Source: an uncultured Gemmatimonadales bacterium
GTDB lineage: Bacteria > Gemmatimonadota > Gemmatimonadetes > Gemmatimonadales > GWC2-71-9
Direction of reading: 5' to 3'
DNA length: 64,000 nt
Assembly: GCA_963828735.1 (NCBI GenBank)
Contig: CAWHFW010000005.1
Span: 1,536,001 to 1,600,000 of the forward strand
Both the position numbers and the translations under genes were made by a program. How positions within the stretch are numbered: the stretch's first letter is position 1; every line of letters begins with the position of its first letter. Shown here piece after piece: positions 37,829 through 47,545 of the stretch. A model generated the notes under the pieces. It was not told the DNA's origin. It saw nothing but the letters and a program-made list of their open reading frames with translations, and did not search any database.

Positions 37829-37857
37829 TACGGACACAGGACTTCGGCACGATCTAA

Positions 37858-37874
37858 AGCAACCGCGGTGCCAA
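37858..37874 (-). promoter_or_regulatory. Sigma54 -24/-12 promoter
   Basis: TTGGCAC-CGCGG-TTGCT, consensus match about 30 nt upstream of the riboswitch, with an AT-rich IHF-like tract upstream. Confidence 0.8.
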
Positions 37875-37991
37875 ATCCCTAAGCGCATACGGCGTAATTA
37901 GATAGACTTGATACAATGAGCTGACGGCGGGGACTTGTGCCGCGAGATGCGAGGACCGTCGAGAATTCAGCCAGCGCTCCGAAGCCCGGCT

Positions 37992-39446
37992 TCAGGCCTG
38001 GCCGATCGTCGGGCGCGAGTGGCTCACCAGCACGCCGCAAAGCCCGCCATGCTGCGCCACGTTCACCACCTGCTTTTGCGAGGCGCGGGCGAGGATCGCG
38101 ACCCCATCGTCCCCCGCCGCGAAGCCCATCACCGTATAGAACGGCTCGACGTGCACGTCACCGTCGGGACCGACGACCGGAAACTCGCGGACGGGAATCG
38201 TTGCGACCTGCTGCACGACCCAGCGGTCGTCGGTGTCTGCGAGTGCGGATCCGAGCGCGCCGTCCCATTGCTCCCGCGTGACCGCAGGCCCGATCACGAT
38301 CCCGTCGCCGCCATAGGCGCGGTTCGGTTTGAGCACCAGCGACTCGTGGTGGCCGCGCGCGTAGTCGAGCAGGTGACCGAGGCGGCCGTCTGGCAGCACG
38401 GTACGCCGGTCGCCGAGCACGCGAGTCCAGAGAATGTGCCGCTGAAACACCTGTCGCTCGGCAGGGGTGAAGTACTGCTGGCAGAGCCGCTGATCGGTGA
38501 GGACCTCCCAGCATGCCTTCTGGTCGAGGTCAGCGGTGATGGAGGAGATCATCCGGTTCTCGCGCAACAGCACCCGCATCGGCTCGATGTCCACCCCCTC
38601 AGCCTCGAGCTCGAGCAGGTCCACGACGCCGTAGTCCCGGTAGGCGACGTCGACGCGCTGGTCCCGATACCATACCGCTCCCTCGCGCAGCGAGAGCTCG
38701 GACGGATCGGCGTGCATCACGGTGAGTCCGTGGCGCTCATGCAGATAGTCAGCGATCTGCGCCTGCTCGTCCGGCCCGTTGCCGGCGTACTTGGGCTCCA
38801 CGAAGCACACGCCCGGCCCGCTCGAGATCGCCGTCATGTGCTCGATCAGCGCGGCGGCGAGCAACTCCCGGATGTCCTTCCCCACGGCGAGATCCAGCGC
38901 GACGTCCCCGTTCCTGAGTGCCGGCACCACGATGTCCTGGATCAGCCGCTCGCAGGTGGGCACGATGTGGAGTCCGCCGATGCCCATGAGGTTCGGCTCC
39001 ACGAACCGAAGCGACTCCTTCCACATGGGACTGGTGAAGTCCACCAGCGCGTCGAGCCGCCCAAACACGGGATTGGCCTCGTCATGACTCGCGGTCCAGC
39101 ACTGCCGGAGCCACGCCTCCTCCTCGTCCGGCAGGCGGAGAATCTCGCGGACGCTGAAGTCGCCGAGGTAGAGCGAGGGCAGCCGCTTGAGAGCGTTCTG
39201 CACCGTGAGCGTCACGTGGTGCACGTAGGCCAGCTGGTCGGGCAGGATGGTGATCGGTGCCGGCAGGATCCGGATGGGCTCGACTTCGCCCTCGTGCAGG
39301 TACACGACGTGGTGGGCAAGCGCGCCCGCGCGCAGGCGCTCGATGATCCCGGCCAGCTCGGCGGGCGCCAGGCGGGAGAGGGCATGCTGCACTCGGCTGG
39401 CGAGGGCCAGCCCGGCGAGGCCACGCTCCTCGGCGGGGGTCAGCAT
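37992..39446 (-). CDS. Circularly permuted ATP-grasp family peptide ligase
   Basis: FGRLD...RFVEPN, LVLKPNRAYGGDGIVIG, WVVQQ, VVNVAQHGG. Confidence 0.75.
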   Translation of the reverse strand: MLTPAEERGLAGLALASRVQHALSRLAPAELAGIIERLRAGALAHHVVYLHEGEVEPIRILPAPITILPDQLAYVHHVTLTVQNALKRLPSLYLGDFSVREILRLPDEEEAWLRQCWTASHDEANPVFGRLDALVDFTSPMWKESLRFVEPNLMGIGGLHIVPTCERLIQDIVVPALRNGDVALDLAVGKDIRELLAAALIEHMTAISSGPGVCFVEPKYAGNGPDEQAQIADYLHERHGLTVMHADPSELSLREGAVWYRDQRVDVAYRDYGVVDLLELEAEGVDIEPMRVLLRENRMISSITADLDQKACWEVLTDQRLCQQYFTPAERQVFQRHILWTRVLGDRRTVLPDGRLGHLLDYARGHHESLVLKPNRAYGGDGIVIGPAVTREQWDGALGSALADTDDRWVVQQVATIPVREFPVVGPDGDVHVEPFYTVMGFAAGDDGVAILARASQKQVVNVAQHGGLCGVLVSHSRPTIGQA

Positions 39447-39537
39447 GGTGCGCTCCGTCCGGCGGCGGGTTCACGTGTATGTTACTCCCGGACCCTTCCG
39501 GCGCAACGACGGCCCCGCACACCTCACCCAAGGACTC

Positions 39538-41049
39538 ATGCACGCGGACAAGGCCTACGACGAGCTCATGCGGCGCGTTCGGGAGGAGACGCTCCTCACC
39601 GGCATCGAGGCGCTGCTCGAGTGGGACGAGGAGACGTACATGCCGTCGGGCGGCGTCGAGAACCGGAGCGAGCAGCTCGCGCTGGTGGCCGGCCTGCTGC
39701 ACGAACGGGGCACCGACCCGCGCCTCGGTGAGCTCCTCGCCGCCGTGGAAGGGTCGTCCTTGCTCACGGATCCGGCGGCGCCCGCCGCCGTCAACGTGCG
39801 CGCCGTCCGGCGGGAGTACGACCGGTTCGTTCGGCTGCCACGCACGCTGGTCGAGGATGTCGCCCGCACGACCGCGCTCGCGCAGAAAGCCTGGGCCGAC
39901 GCCAGGTCGGCCTCCGACTTCGCGCGCTTTCGGCCATGGCTCGAGCGGATCGTGGCGCTCAAGCGCCGCGAGGCCGAGTGCGTGGGGTATACCGGCGAGC
40001 CGTACGATGCGCTGCTCGAGGACTACGAGCCCGGCCTCAGCAGCGCCGTCGTGGGCCGGCTGTTCGCCGCGCTCAGGCGCGAGCTGGTACCGCTGGCCTC
40101 ACGGATCGCCGAGGCGCCACGGCGCCCGGACGCCGCGGTGCTGCGACGGCATTTCCCGCGCGACCGCCAGCGCCGCTTCGGTGAGCGGGTCGCCGGCGCC
40201 GTCGGCTTCGATTTTTCCCGCGGCCGCATGGACCTCGGCGTTCACCCCTCTTGCACCGGCATCGGCGCGGGCGATTGCCGCATCGCCGTGCGGTTCGACG
40301 AGCGCGACTTCGCCGGCGGCCTCTTCACCATCCTGCACGAGGTGGGACACGGGCTGTACGAGCTCGGCCTCGACCCGGCGCACTACGGGACGCCGCTCGG
40401 CGAGACTGCCTCGGTCGGCATGGACGAGGCGCAGGCCCGCTTCTGGGAGAACCGCGTCGGCCGGGATCGCGGCTTCTGGAACCACTTCTATCCCAGGGCG
40501 CGAGAGCTCTTCCCCGAGAGCCTGGGCGACGTCCCGATCGACGAATTTCACTTCGCGGTGAACCGCGTGACGCCGTCGCTGATCCGGGTCCAGGCGGACG
40601 AGGTGACGTACAACCTCCACGTGATGATCCGTTTCGACCTCGAGCGCGCGCTGATCGCCGGTACGCTCGCCGTGGCCGATGTACCCGAGGCGTGGGGCGC
40701 GGCCTGCCGCGAGAGCCTCGGTGTCGCGCCGCGCACCGACGCCGAGGGCTGTCTGCAGGACGGTCACTGGGCGGACGGGATGATCGGCTACTTCCCCACC
40801 TACACGCTCGGTGACGTGTTCGCGGCCCAGCTGTTCGACGCCGCCGAGCGCGAGCTCGGCAGCCTCGGCGAGCAGTTCGAGCGGGGAGAGTTCGAGGTGT
40901 TGTTGGGGTGGCTTGGCCGGCAGGTGTACCGTCAGGGAGGCCGCTATCCGTCCGCTCGCCTGATCGAGGTCGTGACCGGCTCTCCGCCGGATCACCGGCC
41001 GCTGGTCGGAATCCTCACGGCGAAGTACGAACAGCTCTACAGCATCTAG
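39538..41049 (+). CDS. Carboxypeptidase M32 (Taq-like), motif-divergent
   Basis: WDEETYMP, YDALLEDYEPG, HEVGH, IRVQADE, GCLQDGHW, GYFPTY. Confidence 0.92.
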   Translation: MHADKAYDELMRRVREETLLTGIEALLEWDEETYMPSGGVENRSEQLALVAGLLHERGTDPRLGELLAAVEGSSLLTDPAAPAAVNVRAVRREYDRFVRLPRTLVEDVARTTALAQKAWADARSASDFARFRPWLERIVALKRREAECVGYTGEPYDALLEDYEPGLSSAVVGRLFAALRRELVPLASRIAEAPRRPDAAVLRRHFPRDRQRRFGERVAGAVGFDFSRGRMDLGVHPSCTGIGAGDCRIAVRFDERDFAGGLFTILHEVGHGLYELGLDPAHYGTPLGETASVGMDEAQARFWENRVGRDRGFWNHFYPRARELFPESLGDVPIDEFHFAVNRVTPSLIRVQADEVTYNLHVMIRFDLERALIAGTLAVADVPEAWGAACRESLGVAPRTDAEGCLQDGHWADGMIGYFPTYTLGDVFAAQLFDAAERELGSLGEQFERGEFEVLLGWLGRQVYRQGGRYPSARLIEVVTGSPPDHRPLVGILTAKYEQLYSI

Positions 41050-41114
41050 GGCTCGACTAGCGATCCTGCCAGGGTCGCGTGATTCGGTGTTGCAGGCCGC
41101 GTTACTTGCGGTCC

Positions 41115-44100
41115 CTAGACCGTCCGCACCCGCGCCGCCGCCTCCGGTTTCAGCTCCGGCGTGTGCTCCCGTTCCCGTTCCTTCACGTGCTCCTTCCGTC
41201 CGAATCGCTGCTGCAGCGCGTCGAGATACGTGTAGATCACCGGCGTGATGTAGAGCGTGACGAGCTGCGAGAACGCGAGGCCGCCGACGACCGCGATGCC
41301 CAGCGGCCGGCGAGACTCCGCGCCCGCTCCGTGACCGAGTGCGATCGGCAGGGTGCCGACCAGCGCGGCCATCGTCGTCATCATGATCGGTCGGAACCGC
41401 ACGCTCGCCGCCTCCAAAATCGACTCCCGCGCGTTCTTCCCGTGGTGCCGCTCGGCCTCGATTGCGAAGTCGATCATCATGATCGCGTTCTTCTTGACGA
41501 TACCGATCAGCATGATGATGCCGACGAACGCGTAGATGCTGAGATCCTGCTGGAAGATCACGAGCGCGAGCAGCGCTCCGAACCCCGCGAAGGGCAGGCC
41601 CGAGAGAATCGTGAGCGGGTGCACGAAGCTCTCATACAGGATGCCAAGCACCAGGTAGATCACCACGATCGCGAGGATCAGCAGCACCAGCAGCCCCTGC
41701 TGGGCGTCCTGGAACGCCGCGGCGGTGCCGGAGAAACTGGTGCTGATGGTCGAGGGCAGCACCTCGCGCGCCGCCTGCTCCACCCGGTCCACGGCCGTGC
41801 CGATGGAGACGCCCGGCAGGAGGTTGAAGGACAGCGTGACCGACGGGAGCTGTCCCGAGTGGTTGACCGTGAGCGGCCCCACCGACTCGGTCACCTTCGC
41901 CAGGCTGCCGAGCGGCACGGAGACGCCATCCCGCCCGGTGAGGTGCAGCAGGTTCATCGCGGACAGATCGCGCTGGTACTGGGGCAGCAGCTCCATCACC
42001 ACCCAGTACTGGTCGTTCGGGGTGTAGATCGTGCTGACCTGCCGCGCGCCGTACGCGTTGTAGAGCGCGCTCTCGATCTGGTTGACGTCGATGCCGAGGG
42101 CCGAGGAGCGGTCGCGATTCACGGTGACCTGCACCTGCGGGTTCTTGATCTGCAGGTCCGAGGTCACGTCGGTGAGTCCCGGCACGTCGTGCAGCCGCTG
42201 CTCGAGCTTGGCCGCGCCGTCGTACAGGGCGTCGATATCGGAGCTCTGCAAGGTGAACTGGTACAGGCTCTTGGACGACCGCCCGCCGATGTTGATCACG
42301 GGCGGGTTGGTGATGAACACGCGGAGCCCCGGCACGACCGCCAGCTTTCGCGTGAGGGATTGAGCCACCGCATCCGCGTCCAGCGGGCGCTGACCGCGCT
42401 GCTTGAGGTGGATGAAGAGCCTGCCCTGGTTCACCGAGTTGGACCGGCCGCCAGCGCCCACCGACGACATGAAGCCGTCGACGTTCGGGTCCTCCTGCAC
42501 GATGGCCGCGGCGGCGCGCTGGTGCTGTACCATCGCGTCGTAGCTGGTCCCCTCCGCGGTCTCCGTGGTGCCGTTGAGCTGGCCAGTGTCCTCGCTCGGG
42601 ATGAAGCCCTTGGGCACGATGCGCCCGAGGACGATCGTCCCGATCAGGATGCCCAGCGTAAAGAGCATCGCGAGGCCGCGGCGGTCCATCACCCAGGCGA
42701 GGCTGCGCTCGTACCAGGAGAGCGAGGCCTCCCAGGCGCTCTCGGTCGCACGATAGAACCGGCCGTGCTCCGCGTCCTTGTCCTCGCGCTTGAGCCAGCG
42801 GCTGCACAGCATGGGCGTCAGCGTGAGCGAGACGAAGCCCGAGACCAGGATTGCCACCGCGATCGTGACGGCGAATTCCTGGAACAGCCGACCGATCAGC
42901 CCGCCGAGGAGGAGGACCGGAATGAACACCGCCACCAGCGACAGCGTCATCGAGATCACGGTGAAGCTGATCTCCCGGCTGCCGTTGACTGCCGCGTCCT
43001 TCACGGACTCGCCGTGCTCGAGATGGCGCACGACATTCTCCAGCACCACGATCGCGTCATCAACCACGAACCCGACCGCGAGCGTGAGCGCCATCAGCGA
43101 GAGGTTGTCGAGGCTGTAGCCGAGCAGGTACATCACCGCGAAAGTGCCGACCAGCGACATCGGAAGCGCCAGGGCCGGGATGGTCGTGGCCCGGACGTTT
43201 CGCAGGAACAGGAAGATCACCATCACCACGAGGCAGAGCGCGAGGAACAGGGTGAACTTGACGTCGGCCACCGAGGCCTTCACGGTCTCGGACCGGTCGT
43301 ACAGCGTCGCCATGTCGACCGACGCGGGCAGCTGGGGCCGAAGCTGCTCGACATCGTCCTTGACCCGCTGCGCCACCTCCACCGTGTTCGTGCCGGGCTG
43401 CCGCTGGATGGCCAGCACGATGGCGCGCTGCCCGTTGAACCAGCTCGCCTGCTTGGTATCCTGGACGCTATCCAGCACGTTGCCCAAGTCGCCCAGCCGC
43501 ACGGGCGCCCCGTCGCGATACGCCACCACCAGGGCGGCGAAGCCCGCTGCGTTGGTGAGCTGTCCCTGGCTCTCCACGGCGTAGGCCTTGTCCGTGCCCC
43601 AGAGGATGCCCGTCGGCACGTTCACGTTCCCGTTCTGCACCGCGGTGGCCACCTCGTCGATGCCGATGCTCCGGGCGGAGAGCTGCTGCGGGTCGAGCTG
43701 GATCCGCACCGCATACTTCTGCGAGCCGTACACCTGGACCTGCGCCACACCATCCACGGTCGACAGCCGCTGCGCCAGGAAGGTCTCCGCGTACTCGTCG
43801 AGCTGCGACAGCGGCATCGTGTTCGACCGCAGCGCGTAGTACACGATCGGCGATGACGACGGGTCCACCTTCCGGAAGCTCGGCGGCAGCATGTCCTGCG
43901 GGAGCTGGCGCTGGGCCTGCGAGATCGCGGCCTGCACGTCCTGCGCGGCCGCGTCGATGTTGCGGCTGAGGGCGAACTGGAGGGAGATCTGGGTGCTGCC
44001 CTGGCCGCTGGTCGAGGTCATCGCCTCGACGCCAGGGATGGTCGAGAACTGCTTCTCGAGCGGCGTGGCCACCGCGGACGCCATCGTCTCGGGACTGGCG

Positions 44101-44258
44101 CCCGAGAGGCTCGCGCTGACCGAGATGGTGGGGTAGTCCACCGCCGGCAGATCGCTCACCGGCAGCTGGCGGTACGCCACGAGCCCGAAAATGAGGATGC
44201 CGGCCATGACCAGCGTGGTCATGACCGGTCGGCGGATGAAGAGGCCGGTGAAGTTCAT
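41115..44258 (-). CDS. RND efflux permease (MdtB/MdtC-like)
   Basis: FIRRPVMTTL, GFVVDDAIVVLEN, GIVKKNAIMMIDFA, RFRPIMMTT. Confidence 0.95.
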   Translation of the reverse strand: MNFTGLFIRRPVMTTLVMAGILIFGLVAYRQLPVSDLPAVDYPTISVSASLSGASPETMASAVATPLEKQFSTIPGVEAMTSTSGQGSTQISLQFALSRNIDAAAQDVQAAISQAQRQLPQDMLPPSFRKVDPSSSPIVYYALRSNTMPLSQLDEYAETFLAQRLSTVDGVAQVQVYGSQKYAVRIQLDPQQLSARSIGIDEVATAVQNGNVNVPTGILWGTDKAYAVESQGQLTNAAGFAALVVAYRDGAPVRLGDLGNVLDSVQDTKQASWFNGQRAIVLAIQRQPGTNTVEVAQRVKDDVEQLRPQLPASVDMATLYDRSETVKASVADVKFTLFLALCLVVMVIFLFLRNVRATTIPALALPMSLVGTFAVMYLLGYSLDNLSLMALTLAVGFVVDDAIVVLENVVRHLEHGESVKDAAVNGSREISFTVISMTLSLVAVFIPVLLLGGLIGRLFQEFAVTIAVAILVSGFVSLTLTPMLCSRWLKREDKDAEHGRFYRATESAWEASLSWYERSLAWVMDRRGLAMLFTLGILIGTIVLGRIVPKGFIPSEDTGQLNGTTETAEGTSYDAMVQHQRAAAAIVQEDPNVDGFMSSVGAGGRSNSVNQGRLFIHLKQRGQRPLDADAVAQSLTRKLAVVPGLRVFITNPPVINIGGRSSKSLYQFTLQSSDIDALYDGAAKLEQRLHDVPGLTDVTSDLQIKNPQVQVTVNRDRSSALGIDVNQIESALYNAYGARQVSTIYTPNDQYWVVMELLPQYQRDLSAMNLLHLTGRDGVSVPLGSLAKVTESVGPLTVNHSGQLPSVTLSFNLLPGVSIGTAVDRVEQAAREVLPSTISTSFSGTAAAFQDAQQGLLVLLILAIVVIYLVLGILYESFVHPLTILSGLPFAGFGALLALVIFQQDLSIYAFVGIIMLIGIVKKNAIMMIDFAIEAERHHGKNARESILEAASVRFRPIMMTTMAALVGTLPIALGHGAGAESRRPLGIAVVGGLAFSQLVTLYITPVIYTYLDALQQRFGRKEHVKEREREHTPELKPEAAARVRTV

Positions 44259-45364
44259 GACACCCCCGCCCGGGTGCTGTCGCCCCGGACCTTGATCTGG
44301 ACCTTGGAACCCTGGCGCAGCCGGAGCTGGCCGTCGGTGACGACGCGGTCACCCGGCTTGATGTCCCCACTCACGATCGATACGTCGCCCGCGGTCCGGT
44401 CGACCTTCACCGGGCGCGTGGCCGCCGTGCTGTCGGGCTGGATGACGAAGACGAAGCTGCCCTGCTGGCCCGACACCACCGCCGCGGCCGGGACCACCAA
44501 CGCGTTCTGGTCCACGAACAGGCGGACCCGCACGTTCACGAACTCGCCGGGCCAGAGCACGCCGTCGGTGTTGGGAAAGATGCCCTTGAGGAGGATCGTT
44601 CCCGTCGTGGTGTCCACGGCGTTGTCCACGAAGGCCAGGGTGCCCTCGCCTCCGGACCCGCCTCCCGTGGGCAACGCCAGCACCGCGATCCTGGTGCTCC
44701 CGTACCGCTGGATGGCGCCGATGTTGCTCGCCGGCACCGCGAATCGGACGAGGATCGGCCGGATCTGATTGATGGTGACCAACGGCGTGTCATCCGTCGA
44801 GCGAACCAGATTGCCCTCGCGCACCCTGAGGCTGCCGGTGCGCCCCGAGATCGGCGCGCGGATGGTCGCGTACTGGAGGTTGAGGCGCGCCTGGTCCACC
44901 GCGGCCTGGCTCGCAGCCACGGTCGCGGTGGCGGCGGCCGCGCCGCTTCGCGCCGCGTCGTTCTGCTCGGCCGTGACGTACTCCTTCTCGGCCAAGGTCG
45001 AGTAGCGCTTGGCCTGCTCCGCGGCGTTGGCGGCAGTGGCATGATCACGCGCCAAGAGCCCCTCCGCCTGCTTGAGCGCCGCCTCGAACGGCCGCGGATC
45101 GAGCTCGAACAGCACCTGTCCCTTCTTCACGTCCTGGCCCTCGCGAAACGCGACCTGCACGATCGGCCCACTCACCTGGGCCTGGACCGCCACGGTCTGG
45201 ATGGGCTCGACCGTGCCGGTGGCCGCGAGCTCGTAGGGCACCGAGCGGGTCGCGACGGTGCCCACCGTCACGGGCACGGGCGGCACCTTGGGCGTGTCCT
45301 TCTTCGCGCACGAGGCAAGTAGACACGACGCGGTCAGCAGTGAGAGCAGGCGGGTCAAAGTCAT
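44255..45364 (-). CDS. RND periplasmic adaptor (MFP, MdtA-like) lipoprotein
   Basis: Lipobox LLAS-C; FREGQDVKKGQVLF, IRAPISGRTG, DNAVDTTTGT. Confidence 0.93.
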   Translation of the reverse strand: MTLTRLLSLLTASCLLASCAKKDTPKVPPVPVTVGTVATRSVPYELAATGTVEPIQTVAVQAQVSGPIVQVAFREGQDVKKGQVLFELDPRPFEAALKQAEGLLARDHATAANAAEQAKRYSTLAEKEYVTAEQNDAARSGAAAATATVAASQAAVDQARLNLQYATIRAPISGRTGSLRVREGNLVRSTDDTPLVTINQIRPILVRFAVPASNIGAIQRYGSTRIAVLALPTGGGSGGEGTLAFVDNAVDTTTGTILLKGIFPNTDGVLWPGEFVNVRVRLFVDQNALVVPAAAVVSGQQGSFVFVIQPDSTAATRPVKVDRTAGDVSIVSGDIKPGDRVVTDGQLRLRQGSKVQIKVRGDSTRAGVS

Positions 45365-46866
45365 CGAGATGGCACCGTCGTGGTGTCGGGTCGTACCGTG
45401 GTGGTGTCGGTCAGGCGGAGGGAGGTTCCACCCTTCGGATCGAGAACGCCGGCGTCGTGGGCCAGCTGGGCCAGCGAGACGCTCCAGCTCAGCCGGGCCT
45501 CGACATACTGGGCGCGCGCGTTGGCCAATGCCGTCTGCGCCGCGAGCAGATCCAGCACGCTGCCCACCCCCGCCTTGTACCGCGCGAGCGCCACTTCATT
45601 CGATTGCTGGGCGCTGGCGACCAGGTCTTCGGCGGTGTGCACCCGGCGCGTGGATGTCTGGAGCGCGTAGTAGGCGCTGAAGACCTCGTAGACCACCTGC
45701 TGTCGCAACACCTCCGTACGAGCCGAGGCGGCATCCGCTTCGAACTGGGCCGCACGGAGATCGTACTGGCGTGAGAAGCCGTTGAAGAGGGGGATGGACA
45801 GCCCGAGCGCCAGGTTGTAGCTGTTGGCGCCGTTGGGAATGCTGGTGGCGTAGGTCCGGCCTGTGGTCCCGTTCAAGTTGAGCGATGGTAGCAGGCTCGA
45901 GCGGGCCTCCCCGATTCCGGCGCGCGCCGCTTCCGCCTGCGAGCGCGCCGCGGCGAGGTCGGGCCGCCCCTTGAGCGCCGATGCGATGAGCGCGTCCACG
46001 CTGTCCGCCAGCGGCGCGACGGCTCGCGCGGTGATGGTGGAGTCGATGTCGTACGGCAGATTGGCCGGCAGGCCGAGCGCCAGCGCCAGGGCGCCGCGCG
46101 TCGTCTGGATGTTCCCTTCGAAGGTCTGGAGATCGAGCTGCGCCTGGCTCGCCGCAGTGCGCGCCTGGAGCACGTCGGCAATGGTCGCGAGCCCGACACG
46201 CCGGCGCTCCTCGGCCGCCTCGAGATTGGCCTGGGCCTCGGAAAGTGTCGTGCGCTGCGCCCCGACCAGTGCCCGGGTGGCGAGATACTGGAAGTAGGCC
46301 ACCTGAATCTGGAGCACCACGTCCTGGATGGCGGCGTTGTGCGTGAACGCCGCGGCCAGGAGCTGCTGGCGGGATCCCTCGATCCGGCCGCCGCGTCCGC
46401 CGAAGTCGAGCACCAGGTACGAAAGCGACAGGCTCGGCGTGATCAGCGACTGGGTGACGGCGTTACGCCCGAGACTCGCGACCGTCTTGAGGCGCGTCGC
46501 GGTCACGTCCCCGTCCACCGTCGGGAACCGCTCCCCGCGCGCGGAGCCGTACGCCGCGGCGGCGGCCTGGGCATTCGCCCACGCGAGATGCGTACTCGCG
46601 TTGTTGCGCAACCCGATGTCGACGATCTCGGGCAGTGTGAGGCGCTGGATGCGCTCGCCAAGGTCGGCGGGGATCGCCCCCATGCCCGACGTGTCCGCCG
46701 CGGCGACCCTTCGGGCGTCCTCGGCCGGCGGCTGCCAGGGCACCTGCGGCGCGGGGGACGCGCCGGGCACGCCGGACACCTTGGGCGTCCCGACGCAGCC
46801 AGCGGCCGCGAGGGCCGCGACTACGCCGAATACCGCGACAAGGCCAACCCGGTTTTCGCGGGTCAC
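45361..46866 (-). CDS. TolC-family outer membrane channel (lipoprotein)
   Basis: Lipobox AAG-C; two OEP repeats, RYKAGVGSVLDLLAAQ; GTG start overlaps regulator stop. Confidence 0.9.
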   Translation of the reverse strand: MTRENRVGLVAVFGVVAALAAAGCVGTPKVSGVPGASPAPQVPWQPPAEDARRVAAADTSGMGAIPADLGERIQRLTLPEIVDIGLRNNASTHLAWANAQAAAAAYGSARGERFPTVDGDVTATRLKTVASLGRNAVTQSLITPSLSLSYLVLDFGGRGGRIEGSRQQLLAAAFTHNAAIQDVVLQIQVAYFQYLATRALVGAQRTTLSEAQANLEAAEERRRVGLATIADVLQARTAASQAQLDLQTFEGNIQTTRGALALALGLPANLPYDIDSTITARAVAPLADSVDALIASALKGRPDLAAARSQAEAARAGIGEARSSLLPSLNLNGTTGRTYATSIPNGANSYNLALGLSIPLFNGFSRQYDLRAAQFEADAASARTEVLRQQVVYEVFSAYYALQTSTRRVHTAEDLVASAQQSNEVALARYKAGVGSVLDLLAAQTALANARAQYVEARLSWSVSLAQLAHDAGVLDPKGGTSLRLTDTTTVRPDTTTVPSR

Positions 46867-47360
46867 CGACGGCTCCCGCCGTGCGCAAGCTTGGCAGCAG
46901 CACGTCGGTGCGTCGGGCGGTGCTCCCACCGATCGAGTGCTTCGCCGATCGCTCCCACCATATAGGCGTAGGCGGTCTCGTAGCCGCGAAGCCGGGCGCG
47001 CACGCGCTCGCTTCGGATGGGGAGCGTGCGGCGCGCGTCGCCCACGGCCTGGGTGAAGCGCTGCCACCGCCGCAGCCGGTCAGCCATCGTGCGGCTGAAC
47101 AGGTCGGGGGCGACGCGATAGTAATCGTGGCGGTCGGCGGGCCGGCAGACCCGCTCGAGCACCCCCATGTCCGCCAGTCGGCGGGCGTTGGTGCTCACGC
47201 TGGCCTTGCTCACAGTGAGCGCCTCGGCCAGCTGATCGAGGGAGCGGGGGTCGTCGCTCACCAGGAGGTAGCCGAAGATGCGGCCCGAGATCGGGGTCTG
47301 GCCCTCGGCCTCGAAAAGAAGGCCCATGCGGTCGGTAAAGCGCGTCGTAGCCGTATCCAT
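46863..47360 (-). CDS. GbsR/MarR-family transcriptional regulator
   Basis: GRIFGYLL..SLDQLAEALTVSKASVSTNARRL...DRHDYY; AGGAG SD. Confidence 0.88.
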   Translation of the reverse strand: MDTATTRFTDRMGLLFEAEGQTPISGRIFGYLLVSDDPRSLDQLAEALTVSKASVSTNARRLADMGVLERVCRPADRHDYYRVAPDLFSRTMADRLRRWQRFTQAVGDARRTLPIRSERVRARLRGYETAYAYMVGAIGEALDRWEHRPTHRRAAAKLAHGGSRR

Positions 47361-47428
47361 AGTGCTCCTGACGGTGCTGCCGGGGTTCCGCCGTGTGCCG
47401 CGATTCCAGCCCATGAACGTTTCATACA

Positions 47429-47444
47429 TTCAATACGTACTGAA
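47429..47444. promoter_or_regulatory. Putative operator palindrome of the efflux operon
   Basis: TTCAATAC|GTACTGAA near-perfect inverted repeat in an AT-rich tract about 70 nt upstream of the regulator. Confidence 0.6.
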
Positions 47445-47545
47445 CGTTTGTCGCCTCCGTGCCGTCGCCGGAGGGGTCACTCACCGCGGGAAAGACGTCG
47501 GCGGTGGGCCAGGCGGGGAAAGCTACTGCCGAAGGGAGGCGGGGA

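Noticed and set aside
37880..37910. dif-like site (GCGCATA...TTAGATAGACT)
   Set aside because: XerD arm and spacing match poorly; better explained as the AT-rich tract upstream of a sigma54 promoter
41079..43856. 925-aa plus-strand ORF, and similar long ORFs such as 58482-61652 (-), 32718-35510 (+), 31408-33399 (-), 11451-13454 (+), 16043-18034 (-)
   Set aside because: Shadow frames of well-supported genes; Arg/Ala/Gly-rich with no motifs, expected at this GC content
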